64,000 nucleotides of DNA from Octopus sinensis. Lineage: Eukaryota. Location of the stretch: contig NC_043001.1 of assembly GCF_006345805.1 (NCBI RefSeq), positions 75,454,001 to 75,518,000 of the forward strand, read 5' to 3'. The notes under the pieces are model-generated. The model saw only the letters and a program-made list of their open reading frames with translations, did not search any database and had not been told where the DNA came from. A program made the translations under genes and the position numbers. Within the stretch, counting starts at the first letter, position 1; the number at the start of each line of letters is the position of its first letter. This document shows, one piece after another, positions 63,978-64,000 of this stretch.

Positions 63978-64000
63978 CATATTCCTATCACCACCACAAC
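63978..64000 (+). CDS. Start of next coding exon, truncated by window end: (A)YSYHHHN…
   Basis: Strong acceptor aaattttgtattttcag|. G from 63266 + CA gives GCA, and the frame is open to the window end. Confidence 0.6.

Overview
AT-rich eukaryotic genomic DNA, very likely octopus. This is inferred from the SINE families and the (TA)n/(CATA)n/(AAT)n microsatellite load; no database search was run. Almost all listed ORFs are microsatellite artefacts or decayed transposon fragments. Most of the window is a TE graveyard: several tRNA-derived SINE families, decayed LINEs (RTE, CR1/L2, R4/Dong, probable Tx1), Penelope-like pieces, Tc1/mariner copies, a Chapaev3 element, Helitron fragments and MITEs. 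None looks intact. The one host gene I can support is missing from the ORF track. It is a + strand spliced gene with a putative non-coding exon/promoter at ~50.4 kb and three in-frame phase-1 coding exons (52836-52908, 63225-63266, 63978-window end) spelling MANLPGSYHSIQVTLCIGLLVLTDYITTQLSLGSNSNNAYSYHHHN..., i.e. a probable signal peptide followed by an Asn/Ser/His/Tyr-rich start. The most unusual observations are three: a Penelope terminus combining a tRNA-like Pol III head, an (AAT)n spacer and a hammerhead-like core; a series of fold-back inverted repeats, including a 189-bp ~96% identical pair with one-sided CpG decay and a perfect 33-bp hairpin; and a composite mariner made of two 3' halves with a nested Chapaev3. 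TE family calls come from remembered protein motifs, identities were counted by eye, and many element boundaries are approximate.
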